A stretch of 64,000 nucleotides of DNA, from assembly GCA_964539825.1 (NCBI GenBank), contig CAZIKF010000005.1:84271-148270 (forward strand), written 5' to 3'. Shown here piece by piece: positions 38,273 to 47,613 of this stretch. Within the stretch, counting starts at the first letter, position 1; each line of letters opens with the position of its first letter. The position numbers and the translations under genes are program-made. This stretch comes from an uncultured bacterium (GTDB lineage: Bacteria; Muiribacteriota; UBA6191). Under the pieces are notes generated by a model that was not told where the DNA came from, searched no databases, and worked only from the letters and a program-made list of their open reading frames with translations.

Positions 38273-38683
38273 ATGAAATCTCACACCTTGCTGGAAGTCT
38301 CCAAGATAACCGGAATCAAGCTGAATGCTTTGCGTTATCACCTCAGGAAGCTTGAACCACTTTTTGAACATCTAAAGCGGGATCGGTACAATAGATTTCG
38401 GCTCATGTCCCATGACATTCAGAGGCTTCAGCAAATTCATGATATGAAAAATCAGGGGTATGACTACGCTGAGATAAAGATCCGCCTGGGAGGAGACTCC
38501 GCTAACCTTCAAACTAAGGACTCCACGGACACTCAGTCCTCTACACGACTTCATAAAATGGAGAGAGCACTAGAAACCCAGCATCAATCAATTCAACAGT
38601 TAGAACAGAAAATGAACTCGTTGGAAGAGAGGCTGGAAATGCTGGTAGATATGCATACAAAGTTGATCCTGGAAATCCCATGA
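38273..38683 (+). CDS. MerR-like HTH protein with a C-terminal coiled coil
   Basis: N-terminus LLEVSKITGIKLNALRYHLRKLE resembles a MerR-family HTH. C-terminal heptad-like region (LETQHQSIQQLEQKMNSLEERLEMLV). Confidence 0.5.
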   Translation: MKSHTLLEVSKITGIKLNALRYHLRKLEPLFEHLKRDRYNRFRLMSHDIQRLQQIHDMKNQGYDYAEIKIRLGGDSANLQTKDSTDTQSSTRLHKMERALETQHQSIQQLEQKMNSLEERLEMLVDMHTKLILEIP

Positions 38684-38830
38684 TCAGTCGCGCTTTTAAT
38701 TGTTTTTAACTCGTTTTAAACACTCTTAAACTTCGCCCCCTTCTGGCCTCTTGGATCTGACAGTCCGTACGCCCTTCAAAAAAGGCGTGTGATATACTGT
38801 TTTTCTCTCTACGGACAGGGGAAAATTCTC

Positions 38831-39655
38831 ATGATGGAGAATGGACAGGAATACGTTACAATTCAAGAAGCATGCGAACTTCTAGGATGCGGACGAACGA
38901 AAATATATACCTATTACCTCAACCAGGAATTACTGGAAGTTAAACGCAAGGTAGGGAACCGTTCTTTCCTGCTAAAAATGGATGTCCTTTCTGTAAGAGA
39001 CTCTGAGTCTGGTAACGAACCGAATGTTCCGTCTCAGCTAAATACCCACGATTCCCCAAAAAAAACTGAACTTTCCAGTGAATCCGATAGACTAAGTTCC
39101 AAAGGATCCTCTGAGATTCTTCTCCCTCCACGCTGGAAAAGCCCCCAGGATTCTGAAAAGCAGATCGTGACCGAATACCTCAGCGAGCTAAAACAAAGAA
39201 TTCACCAGCTAGAACACTCCCTCTCAGAAAAGGATCAGTTACTCACCCAATATAAGTCCAAATTACTAAATACTGTCCCTTTGGTCGAATACTCTGAAAA
39301 GGTAAAGGCGAAGGACCAGGATCTCAAAAATAAAGAGCAGAAACTTCAGGAACAGGAAGAAGCACTCAAACTATCCGAACAAAGAACTGTTCAGCTCGAA
39401 CATAAGAACGAAGAAATTCAACAGGTCCAGGAAGACATAAGTCAGAAACTTAACAAAACCTTACAAATAGCCCTGGCCTTCCAGACTCGGCTAGATGCGG
39501 AAGAACAGCGCAAGCGTACCCTTGAAAAGCTGCAGCAACGCTGGGAAGAACTTCAAAAACAATTGGATAGATGCGGATTCTTTGACTTCTCAAAAAAGCG
39601 CATCCTGCGCGAAGAACTGGAACAAGTTTTAAAGACACTGCGCCTTTTTCACTAA
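38831..39655 (+). CDS. Excisionase/MerR-superfamily HTH (HTH_17-like) protein with a long C-terminal coiled coil
   Basis: VTIQEACELLGCGRTKIYTYYLNQELLEVKRKVGNRSF matches excisionase-type HTH. About 150 aa of Q/E/K-rich coiled coil. The start is taken as the internal ATG ATG at 38831. Confidence 0.5.
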   Translation: MMENGQEYVTIQEACELLGCGRTKIYTYYLNQELLEVKRKVGNRSFLLKMDVLSVRDSESGNEPNVPSQLNTHDSPKKTELSSESDRLSSKGSSEILLPPRWKSPQDSEKQIVTEYLSELKQRIHQLEHSLSEKDQLLTQYKSKLLNTVPLVEYSEKVKAKDQDLKNKEQKLQEQEEALKLSEQRTVQLEHKNEEIQQVQEDISQKLNKTLQIALAFQTRLDAEEQRKRTLEKLQQRWEELQKQLDRCGFFDFSKKRILREELEQVLKTLRLFH

Positions 39656-39670
39656 AGGGTACCAACCCGC

Positions 39671-40849
39671 TTAATCTTCCCCGCTGTAAATTTGATCATA
39701 GTAGAACTCTGCCATGAGTACCTTGTGAATATAACGCCTTGTTTCTGGAAAACTAATTCTCTTCAAGAATTGAGCATCTCCAGGATCGTTCTGATTCCAG
39801 CGCATCACTTTTCGGGGACCGGCGTTGTAGGCTGCTAAAGCCTGGTGTTTTTTACCCTTAAAACGACGTAGAAGCTCTCCTAAAAAGAAAATTCCCAGCC
39901 GAATATTCAAGGACTCGTTGAAGAGATCCTCCTTGGAAACCTTGTTAACGGCTAGCTTTACCCCCTTTTTCTTTAGTTTCTTCACGAGGATCCCAGCAGT
40001 GGAAGGCAATACCTGCATCAGCCCGCATGCCCCTGCTGATGAAACAATATCTCTTTTGAAATGTGACTCCTCACGCATGACCGCATAAGCCAGATGCTCT
40101 CCCAGTCCATACTGTTCGGACCAGATTTTAACCTGGTTTAAGAATGGCTTTGGATACTGAATTTGAGAGATGGGAACACCCAGAAAGGACTCCAGGCGGT
40201 CCTGGTGAAAGTCATTGAGCAGCAAACGGGCAAAGTAGCGAACATTATAATAGTCCTGAATCTCAATCATGCAGCGAACCCGCATCAAGAATAAGAGCAT
40301 TTGAATTTTTCTGGCAGTCGCCTTCCCATCCAAACGCCTGGATCTAAACATGGTCAAAAAGGGCTCTAATAATGCGGCACACCGCTCCAAAGTAGGGTGT
40401 TCATATGCATCGGGCATGGATAGTGACTTAAGAATATCCAACCGAAATAATCTCCCCATACACTTTTCAAAGGTTTGATTTGCACGAAAATAATCCTTTG
40501 AATCGAACAGATCGAACGCTTTCTCGAACAGTTCCAGGAATTCTGGTCCCTGGTTTAAGGCCTTCTTTGCAAGTTTGGAGAGTCTAAGTTTCCTGCCCGC
40601 TGGGAGAGTTCGAGGTGGAGGCAGCTGCACAAACCCTGACGTGACTAAGAAGCGGTCTAGCTCTGCTTCGCTATGATTTTGAAATAAGGATGACTGAAGT
40701 TCTTTTTCAAAAGGCTGAATCAGCCTTCCCCAAATAACAAAAAAAAGGTAGACCGCAGTCAATGCTGACAAGAAAATCCAGGGAGAAGAGCCTCTTTGTT
40801 TGAAAACCTGAAGACAAGGTGACCTGGATTCAACCAAGGCTTCATTCAC
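39671..40849 (-). CDS. Lytic transglycosylase (SLT domain) with an N-terminal membrane anchor
   Basis: SLT catalytic region ...MREESHFKRDIVSSAGACGLMQVLPSTAG...ALAAYNAGP. Confidence 0.75.
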   Translation of the reverse strand: MNEALVESRSPCLQVFKQRGSSPWIFLSALTAVYLFFVIWGRLIQPFEKELQSSLFQNHSEAELDRFLVTSGFVQLPPPRTLPAGRKLRLSKLAKKALNQGPEFLELFEKAFDLFDSKDYFRANQTFEKCMGRLFRLDILKSLSMPDAYEHPTLERCAALLEPFLTMFRSRRLDGKATARKIQMLLFLMRVRCMIEIQDYYNVRYFARLLLNDFHQDRLESFLGVPISQIQYPKPFLNQVKIWSEQYGLGEHLAYAVMREESHFKRDIVSSAGACGLMQVLPSTAGILVKKLKKKGVKLAVNKVSKEDLFNESLNIRLGIFFLGELLRRFKGKKHQALAAYNAGPRKVMRWNQNDPGDAQFLKRISFPETRRYIHKVLMAEFYYDQIYSGED

Positions 40850-41936
40850 CAGACTTGGGAAGCTTTAAGCGAAATAATGAACCCTCACCTTCCAAAGACT
40901 CCACTGAAATTTCACCGCCCACATCTCTGAGCATCGAGTACACAAAAAACAGTCCAAGCCCATGTCCTTTCTCCGAATCCAATCCCAGGTCTGCTTTACC
41001 CGTAAAAAATGGAGTGAAGAGACTATTCAAATCTGTCTGGGAAATTCCTTTGCCGGTATCCCGGATTTCCAGGATTTCAAAAGAAGTGTCCCCGCCAACA
41101 ACACTAATATCAATAGTTCCAAATTCAGAAATCGCGTGAACAGAGTTAGTTAGAAGATCAAGGAGAATCTTTTTCATCATATCTGATGGAACATTGACCT
41201 TCCCGTGTGATTGAAAGCTGGTATTACAGACTATTCCACGGCGGGTTAGTTCGGTCTCTAGTAAACTCACCACATTCATTACCGAAACGATTAGATCTGA
41301 TGATCGATTCGGGGTCTTATCCTCACAGGCGAAATTATGGAGTCGATTAACAATGGATAGCCCTTTATCGACAGCCTCCTCAACGGCCGTCACGAATCGA
41401 GGCTCGCAACTCTTGTCTTTGCGGTAGAGTTCCAAATAGCCCGATAAAGATCCAAGCATTCCATTAAACTCATGGGCAATCCCCGTTGATAGAAGTGCGA
41501 TACTGCGAAGATTGTTATCCCAACCTTGCCTCTGTTCCAAACTCTTTACATGAGTTATATCCTTGAAGACTCCAAAAACTATCGGCGGAGAATCCTCAGC
41601 AGTCTCGGGACAGTTCAGCGTGAAACCCATCCACATCGGCTTTCCATCTATGTCCGCAAAGGAAAACTCAGCCCTGTCCACGGATTTGGAGTCAAAGGCT
41701 TCCGTCACCGCTGCCCTTAAATTGGCGAGAGTGGGATGATCAAGGAGATCCTCGCTGGATAAGCCCTGTCCACAAAGCCTTTCAAAGCACTTATTCCCGT
41801 AGGCATTGAGATAGGTGATCGCGAGATTTGAATTCGCCAGAAAAATACCCGAAGAGAGTGAATCAAGGAGCTGATAAAGCCTCGTATCCCTCTCTTCTCC
41901 AATCATTGTATTCGCAAGTTCAGACGTTTCGGTCAT
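40842..41936 (-). CDS. Cytoplasmic sensor histidine kinase (PAS-like, HisKA, HATPase_c)
   Basis: H-box IAHEFNGMLGSLSGYLEL. G-boxes DTGKGIS and GHGLGLFFVYSMLRDVGGEISV. The start is taken as MTETSELANTMIGEE (ATG at 41936), because the track ORF's upstream extension runs through a repeat that also occurs in intergenic DNA elsewhere. Confidence 0.75.
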   Translation of the reverse strand: MTETSELANTMIGEERDTRLYQLLDSLSSGIFLANSNLAITYLNAYGNKCFERLCGQGLSSEDLLDHPTLANLRAAVTEAFDSKSVDRAEFSFADIDGKPMWMGFTLNCPETAEDSPPIVFGVFKDITHVKSLEQRQGWDNNLRSIALLSTGIAHEFNGMLGSLSGYLELYRKDKSCEPRFVTAVEEAVDKGLSIVNRLHNFACEDKTPNRSSDLIVSVMNVVSLLETELTRRGIVCNTSFQSHGKVNVPSDMMKKILLDLLTNSVHAISEFGTIDISVVGGDTSFEILEIRDTGKGISQTDLNSLFTPFFTGKADLGLDSEKGHGLGLFFVYSMLRDVGGEISVESLEGEGSLFRLKLPKSGE

Positions 41937-41960
41937 AGGTCCCTCCCTGGCCCTATTATA

Positions 41961-42090
41961 CCGAAAATCAAACAGAATACCCGTTTGTAGGTTCCTGACC
42001 AAAATTAGCTCGCCGCAGGTAAGCCAAGGAATCGACAGATTCCTGGTTTGTCCGGGAATCCGGGCAAACCAAATACGATTGGGCATATAT
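41961..42090. repeat. Intergenic repeat family, copy A (about 130 bp) in the divergent HK / sigma-54-activator promoter region
   Basis: aatacccgtttgtaggttcctgaccaaaattagctcgccgcaggtaagccaaggaatcgacagattcctggtttgtccgggaatccgggcaaaccaaatacgattgggcatat is about 80% identical to 45968-46082 over about 115 bp. Confidence 0.7.
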
Positions 42091-42128
42091 CCCGCAAAAC
42101 TTGTTTGCTAAGTATATAATTGAATTCC

Positions 42129-43532
42129 ATGAAATTCTTACTGATATTGGCAGAGTCCGAAGACGCAGTTCTAACGCCCTTATCTAAGCTGCAGCAATAT
42201 TGTGAAACCGCGTTACTGGAGAGCGGAGATCCGGTAGATACTATTGTACAGGGAGAAGAGCCCTATGCAATTCTATACTTTGACAGCTTTGGAGGAGAGC
42301 ACGAGTCGCATTTAAAAACCCTGCGCCAAATCTACCCTGGGATTCCGTCCATCTTTTTGCATGATCTTCCGGGAAGAATTTCCAAGAGATCTAACCTCGA
42401 ACCGCTCGTTCACGCATTTCTCTCAGACGTGCCCCCTATTTCTATTCTTTGGGAAATCATTGAAACACATGCGAATCGATTAAAAACCAGACCTGTACCC
42501 AGAACATCTGTACCTGAAGACCTTCTTTCAAACCAGGTTGACTCCCCTCTTATGCAGCGGATTTTGAAAATGGCCTCCAAGGTTGCACCAACCGATGCCA
42601 CCATTTTGATTTCAGGAGAGAGCGGGACCGGTAAGGAGGTCTTGGCAAAATGGATCCATTTAAGATCTTCCAGAAAAAATAAGCCCTTCATTGCTGTCAA
42701 TTGCGGAGCCATTCCTGAAAATCTGTTGGAATCCGAACTCTTTGGTCATAAAAAGGGAGCGTTTACAGGGGCGGATAAAGATAAACAGGGACTGTTTGAC
42801 GCCGCCCACCATGGGACTATACTTTTGGATGAAATTGGAGAGATGCCTTTGACTCTTCAAGTAAAGCTTTTGAGGGTCCTTCAGGATCGTCGCATCAGGC
42901 CAGTGGGAGGAATCGATGATATTCCGGTAAATGTTCGAGTCGTTGGCGCCACCAACAAGAATCTCAAAAACCTCGTGATGGAAGGTTTGTTCCGTGAAGA
43001 TTTATTCTATCGCTTCAATGTTGTCCCTTTAACCCTCCCACCCTTGCGTGAACGCAAGGAAACCCTGAGAAAACTTATCGATGAATTCTTCCTCGAGTTC
43101 ACCCAAAAATACAGAAGAGTTCTGAGGCAAATCTCACCCTCAACCTTAAATATCCTGATGAACTATCCCTATCCAGGAAACATTCGGGAGCTTCAAAACA
43201 TCTTGGAATTCGCGGTAATCATGTGTGAGTCCAACACAATCCAACCCCAGGATCTTCCAGCGGAACTCCACCGGGACGCGCCTTTAAATCTTTTGCCCGC
43301 GCCTGAATCGGTGAACCAGCTTCCCGTAGAAACCCTGCATGACTTCCTAAAGCTTTGCTATAACCTTGAGACCCCGACCATAGAAGATGCTGAACGAGTC
43401 CTGATCATGGAAAGAATGGATATGTTTATGGAGAATCAAAAACAGGTCGCGGAGTCTCTTGGAATATCCCGTACCTCGCTGTGGAGAAAGCTTAAGGAAT
43501 ATAAGCTCGCAAAGGGAGAGCCTTCCTCCTGA
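42129..43532 (+). CDS. Sigma-54-dependent transcriptional activator (NtrC family; N-terminal receiver-like region, AAA+ domain, C-terminal HTH)
   Basis: Walker A GESGTGKEV. ESELFGHKKGAFTGA (GAFTGA motif). Walker B ILLDEIGEM. C-terminal HTH QKQVAESLGISRTSLWRKL. The ATG at 42129 is preferred over the TTG at 42120. Confidence 0.8.
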   Translation: MKFLLILAESEDAVLTPLSKLQQYCETALLESGDPVDTIVQGEEPYAILYFDSFGGEHESHLKTLRQIYPGIPSIFLHDLPGRISKRSNLEPLVHAFLSDVPPISILWEIIETHANRLKTRPVPRTSVPEDLLSNQVDSPLMQRILKMASKVAPTDATILISGESGTGKEVLAKWIHLRSSRKNKPFIAVNCGAIPENLLESELFGHKKGAFTGADKDKQGLFDAAHHGTILLDEIGEMPLTLQVKLLRVLQDRRIRPVGGIDDIPVNVRVVGATNKNLKNLVMEGLFREDLFYRFNVVPLTLPPLRERKETLRKLIDEFFLEFTQKYRRVLRQISPSTLNILMNYPYPGNIRELQNILEFAVIMCESNTIQPQDLPAELHRDAPLNLLPAPESVNQLPVETLHDFLKLCYNLETPTIEDAERVLIMERMDMFMENQKQVAESLGISRTSLWRKLKEYKLAKGEPSS

Positions 43533-44895
43533 GTCTAACAATTTATCCTCCTTTGAGTTTAGTTCTGTCGCTCTTTACACAAGGGCCGCGAAAAGCTCCT
43601 CCCGGGCTCTCAGCGCAATCCTATTACTGATCGATCTCAAGGAGGTGAAACCTCCGATAATATCCATACTTCGAACCTTTCTCTTTGCTTTTGTGCTCCT
43701 GCTACAGACTGAGGGTTACTTCAGGCCATCGGACAATCCAAGGTTCAGAAAATCTGCCTCCATACATGCTCATACCGCCAAACTAATGTTGGATCGGAAG
43801 CGCTATGCGGTAGCCATTGAGGAGCTAAAGAAAGCTCTTCACGCACAACCCAAGAGCCGCGGGCTGGCAGTCAAACTAAGTGAACTCTATTATCGCAAAG
43901 AGGAATATTCAAAAGCACTGGAACTCTTGCTGCCCCTACAGGCTCTTTCAACACGCAAGCACAACATCTATTTATATCTCGGACTGATCTATGATAGATC
44001 TCAGGAATACAGAAAGGCTTACATCTACTACAAGAAAGCCTTTAAGTTAGACCCGACTCTTTACCGTGCAAGATTGAAGATAGCTCAACTCTTTATTCAA
44101 AGAGGACTGTATTTCGACGCAGCTACACATCTTAAGAATCTCCTGGAAATCAATCCGGACTACAAGCCCGCTAAGGTGGAATTCGATTTAACTCTTCGGT
44201 TGATCAAGGAAAATGAGCACAACATCTTTCGGCGGGGCAACCTGGTCATTACCTTCCCAGACTACAATCTAATTCGAGATATCGAAGAATGGTATCCGTA
44301 CTTGCAAGAGAAAATTTACTATATGCAGAACGCATTGGGCGTCTACAACCAAATCGTTTGGATAAAAATAGTAGATAAAATTCCTACCCATGCCTCCCCC
44401 CCAGCTCTTTTCCGGACTATGGAAGACAAAATCTATCTCACTATTGACACGCTCAAGAGAAAATATACAAGTCTATTCAGCCATGAATTGACCTACCTGC
44501 TGACACACCGAATAGGAGTTCGTAAAGCCCCTCCATGGCTCCTGGAAGGCCTTGCCCTATATTTTGGGAAGCCTAACCTACTTAAACATATGAGCTTGAG
44601 ACGAGTAAGGGCCGGGCTGGAACTCCTGAATGAAGAGTTTTTCCCTGACAAACGCTACCTTCACTTTCACAAACTTACGCAGCGGGAGAAAGAAAATTTA
44701 TTTCATGCGTTCTTAATCGTGAAATACTTTGTGCTTCAATACGGGTGGGATAATGTTCAGAAGTTAGTGAAGAGATTCAGAGAAGGAAAATACACAACTG
44801 CGGAAGCTATCTGGGATGTTCTACACATTCCCATGGATAAGCTATCCTCCGATTTCGATGTGTATGTCATCACCCAACACTTCTTCAAGTCCTGA
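43459..44895 (+). CDS. Hypothetical TPR-containing protein (start uncertain)
   Basis: TPR-like helices (AIEELKKALHAQPKS...YYKKAFKLDPTLYRARLKIAQLF). A possible GTG start at 43645 gives a signal-peptide-like MKPPIISILRTFLFAFVLLLQ. The annotated ATG overlaps the upstream gene by 74 nt. Confidence 0.45.
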   Translation: MEYPVPRCGESLRNISSQRESLPPESNNLSSFEFSSVALYTRAAKSSSRALSAILLLIDLKEVKPPIISILRTFLFAFVLLLQTEGYFRPSDNPRFRKSASIHAHTAKLMLDRKRYAVAIEELKKALHAQPKSRGLAVKLSELYYRKEEYSKALELLLPLQALSTRKHNIYLYLGLIYDRSQEYRKAYIYYKKAFKLDPTLYRARLKIAQLFIQRGLYFDAATHLKNLLEINPDYKPAKVEFDLTLRLIKENEHNIFRRGNLVITFPDYNLIRDIEEWYPYLQEKIYYMQNALGVYNQIVWIKIVDKIPTHASPPALFRTMEDKIYLTIDTLKRKYTSLFSHELTYLLTHRIGVRKAPPWLLEGLALYFGKPNLLKHMSLRRVRAGLELLNEEFFPDKRYLHFHKLTQREKENLFHAFLIVKYFVLQYGWDNVQKLVKRFREGKYTTAEAIWDVLHIPMDKLSSDFDVYVITQHFFKS

Positions 44896-45939
44896 AAGAA
44901 CGATCTTGAGATTCTTTCCTTGATCAAACATCCCCTGGACTTTACACAATCCCCTTAGCGCCATCTGTCTGGACCGATCAGAGTCTTGAACTGCTCTTAA
45001 CAATGACCGTCCAAGCTCCTCCGCACTCCCTCTTTGTGACAGGTATCCGGTGATTCCATCTTCGATGATTTCCGGGATTCCTCCAGTTCGAAATGCACAC
45101 ACGGGTATACCGTATTCGAAGGCTTCCAGGATCACCATTCCAAGGCCTTCAACCAAAGATGGAACCATAACAAGATCAATATATGGATATTCCTTGCGCA
45201 TATTGCGAAATCCATGAAAATTTACCCTGGTTTGCAATCCGAGTCGTTTCACTTTCAATTCCAGTTCATGGCGTAGTGGCCCCTCTCCAAAAATATTCAG
45301 CCTGAGAGAAGGCTCTTGCTCAACAGCCCAATGAAAAGCATCAATACCGTGGATCTGACCCTTGAGCGGTACCAGGTTTCCAATCATCGCAACCTCGCGA
45401 ATGGGAATAGTCCGGGGATATATTCTTTGAACAGGTTCAAGGGGGTAATAAGCGGTTCGTATTCGATCTCTTGGGACGCCCAGCCGAACCAACTGCCCAG
45501 CAATGTCGTTAGACACAGCAATCACCCGCCTGGCCGATGAAATTCCCAAAAGGTCTTGTTCATCAATCCAGGCCGGGCGGCCCATGCCCAATCCATGGCA
45601 CATATGTACGAAGGGAATTCCTTCCTTACTCGCTGCGAGAGCACCAAATCCGCCATGCGTGAGAAGTAAATTCTGAGGTCCATGAGCATAGCTTCTCAGA
45701 TATTTTCGTATAGCCTGAAGCGCCCAGGGATTTCGGTAAAAAGTAGACTCTACCATTCGGTATTGGATGCCCAACCTAAAGAGCTGTTCAAGTAGGCCCG
45801 GACTATGTTTCATCCAGCTCCTCTCCTGAGAAAGCAAAATAGATTGGGATCTTAGTTTCGAATCTAATCCCTTAATCAAGGCTAAAATCCCTTCCGCCGA
45901 GCCATAATTAAAAATCTGAGATAAATGCAAAAGATTCAT
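44842..45939 (-). CDS. Glycosyltransferase family 4
   Basis: C-terminal EGLGMVILEAFEYGIPVCAFRTGGIPEIIEDGITGYL (E-x7-E). Confidence 0.7.
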   Translation of the reverse strand: MNLLHLSQIFNYGSAEGILALIKGLDSKLRSQSILLSQERSWMKHSPGLLEQLFRLGIQYRMVESTFYRNPWALQAIRKYLRSYAHGPQNLLLTHGGFGALAASKEGIPFVHMCHGLGMGRPAWIDEQDLLGISSARRVIAVSNDIAGQLVRLGVPRDRIRTAYYPLEPVQRIYPRTIPIREVAMIGNLVPLKGQIHGIDAFHWAVEQEPSLRLNIFGEGPLRHELELKVKRLGLQTRVNFHGFRNMRKEYPYIDLVMVPSLVEGLGMVILEAFEYGIPVCAFRTGGIPEIIEDGITGYLSQRGSAEELGRSLLRAVQDSDRSRQMALRGLCKVQGMFDQGKNLKIVLSGLEEVLGDDIHIEIGG

Positions 45940-45954
45940 AGGTCAATATCCTAT

Positions 45955-46082
45955 ACACAAAAGCAATCAGTATACCCGTTGTAGGTTCATAACCAAAATG
46001 AGCTAATCGCTGATAAGCAAAGGAATCGACAGATCCCTGGTTTAGCTGGGAATCCAGTCAAACTACATAGGATTGGGCACAT
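45955..46082. repeat. Intergenic repeat family, copy B
   Basis: cacaaaagcaatcagtatacccgttgtaggttcataaccaaaatgagctaatcgctgataagcaaaggaatcgacagatccctggtttagctgggaatccagtcaaactacataggattgggcacat. Sits about 20 bp from the start of the minus-strand GT4 gene, as copy A does relative to the HK gene. Confidence 0.7.
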
Positions 46083-46308
46083 TTCAACCTCAATTAGGTA
46101 GATACCGATATGCAACCCGCTTGTCTAAGTGTAGGGTCATACCGGACAATGGTTCTTATCGAGTGAACCTTTGAATCAAAAGCTCTCGATTCGGGTGAGA
46201 TTTCGGACAATTGATTTTATTTTGTGTATATACTCATGAATCTGGAAGGTAATGCCGATAATCGATAAGGGATCATCCACGCCTTTCCATCTCAAGGAGA
46301 CCTATCCT

Positions 46309-47592
46309 ATGAAAGTGGCATTTGTTGTACCGCCCTCAAAGTTTCTTCTCAATGAATATGTATATCCATCTCTTGGTATTCTGTACGTAGCAGCTGCAGC
46401 AAGAGAAGCCGGATATGAGGTTCAGGCTATGATTCCAGAAGTAGCTGAGCTGAGCAAGCCAATTGATGCGGATGTTATCTGTGTGACAGGCACAACTCCC
46501 CAATATGACGGTATGGCGGATGTAGCCCGTGCAAATCAAGGTAAACGCTTAATTGCTGGAGGTCCTCACGCCTCAGCGGACCCAACCAGTCTCACCGAGA
46601 TAGGATACGATACTGTAATTCTAGGGGAAGGAGAAGAGGCCATTGTAGAAGCTTTGCAGGGCCGACGCGGAGTCTTCGCCAGTTCACGGATTAAGCAACT
46701 TGATTCTCTGGCACTTCCCGCCAGGGATTTGATTCCCATGGAAAGATATTCCTATGATCTTGAAGGGCATCGGTCCACCTACATCATGGCTAATCGTGGC
46801 TGTTCGTGGAAATGCGGATTTTGTTCGAAACCCTGGGACAAAGACAAAGTTACACGTCGAACCGTGGATAACGTCATTGAGGAAGTTATCTATCTCAGAG
46901 ATTCACAAGGATTTAGCGGGGTCATGTTTTTTGATGATGTCTTTACGATGAACGTAAAATGGCTCACTGAGTTTTGCGAGAAAATCAAGCCGACTGGAAT
47001 GGTGTGGAGATGTTTCCTGAGATCCGACACAGCGTCAGTTGCCAAACTACAGATGATGAAAGATGCAGGCTGCATTGAAGTAGGAGTCGGAGTTGAATCG
47101 GGATCCAATAAGATTTTAAAGATCATCAATAAAGGCGAAACCGTAGAAGCCAATACCCGAGCCCGAGAATATTGCGGGGAGGTTGGAATTCGCTTCAAAA
47201 CTTTCTTCATCATTGGGCTTCCGGGAGAAAACTATGAAACCGCTGATGAAACGAAACAATGGATCATCAACAATAAGCCTGATGGATATTCCCTTTTCGT
47301 TTTCGTCCCACTACCTGGAGCCCCTATTTATGAGGCTATCAAGAGAAATACGGGCGAATACGATTATGTTCTGGATATTCCCGACTATCGTCACCGCTAT
47401 TGGGGTGGGATCATGACCGATCAGATGTCACCTGGTCACACAAGTGCTTTATCACGTCAAGAAATTGTCCGGGTTAGAAATGAAATCGCTGAAGATTTGG
47501 GGCGATTTGGTATTGCAGATCGAAATAACATCCTGGGTGAAAACTTCCAGGAGGGAAATCTCTACAATACTGACGTTCGAACTGTAGCCTAG
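46309..47592 (+). CDS. B12-binding-domain radical SAM enzyme (class B rSAM)
   Basis: N-terminal Rossmann-like B12-binding region (MKVAFVVPPSK...LIAGGPHAS). Radical SAM ANRGCSWKCGFCSKPW. GGAG RBS 7 nt upstream of the ATG at 46309. Confidence 0.75.
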   Translation: MKVAFVVPPSKFLLNEYVYPSLGILYVAAAAREAGYEVQAMIPEVAELSKPIDADVICVTGTTPQYDGMADVARANQGKRLIAGGPHASADPTSLTEIGYDTVILGEGEEAIVEALQGRRGVFASSRIKQLDSLALPARDLIPMERYSYDLEGHRSTYIMANRGCSWKCGFCSKPWDKDKVTRRTVDNVIEEVIYLRDSQGFSGVMFFDDVFTMNVKWLTEFCEKIKPTGMVWRCFLRSDTASVAKLQMMKDAGCIEVGVGVESGSNKILKIINKGETVEANTRAREYCGEVGIRFKTFFIIGLPGENYETADETKQWIINNKPDGYSLFVFVPLPGAPIYEAIKRNTGEYDYVLDIPDYRHRYWGGIMTDQMSPGHTSALSRQEIVRVRNEIAEDLGRFGIADRNNILGENFQEGNLYNTDVRTVA

Positions 47593-47613
47593 AAGCAGTT
47601 TTTTAGAGATTAC

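Noticed and set aside
40842-42086. Long N-terminal extension of the histidine kinase (the track start at 42086)
   Set aside because: The extension runs through repeat copy A, which is non-coding at its other locus. The internal ATG at 41936 is preceded by a GGGAGGG RBS.
45940-46308. Cobalamin riboswitch expected upstream of the B12-binding radical SAM gene
   Set aside because: I looked for the B12 box and the conserved GGUG / AGGGAA / GCCACUG cores and found none. The leader is therefore reported only as an uncharacterised long 5' UTR.
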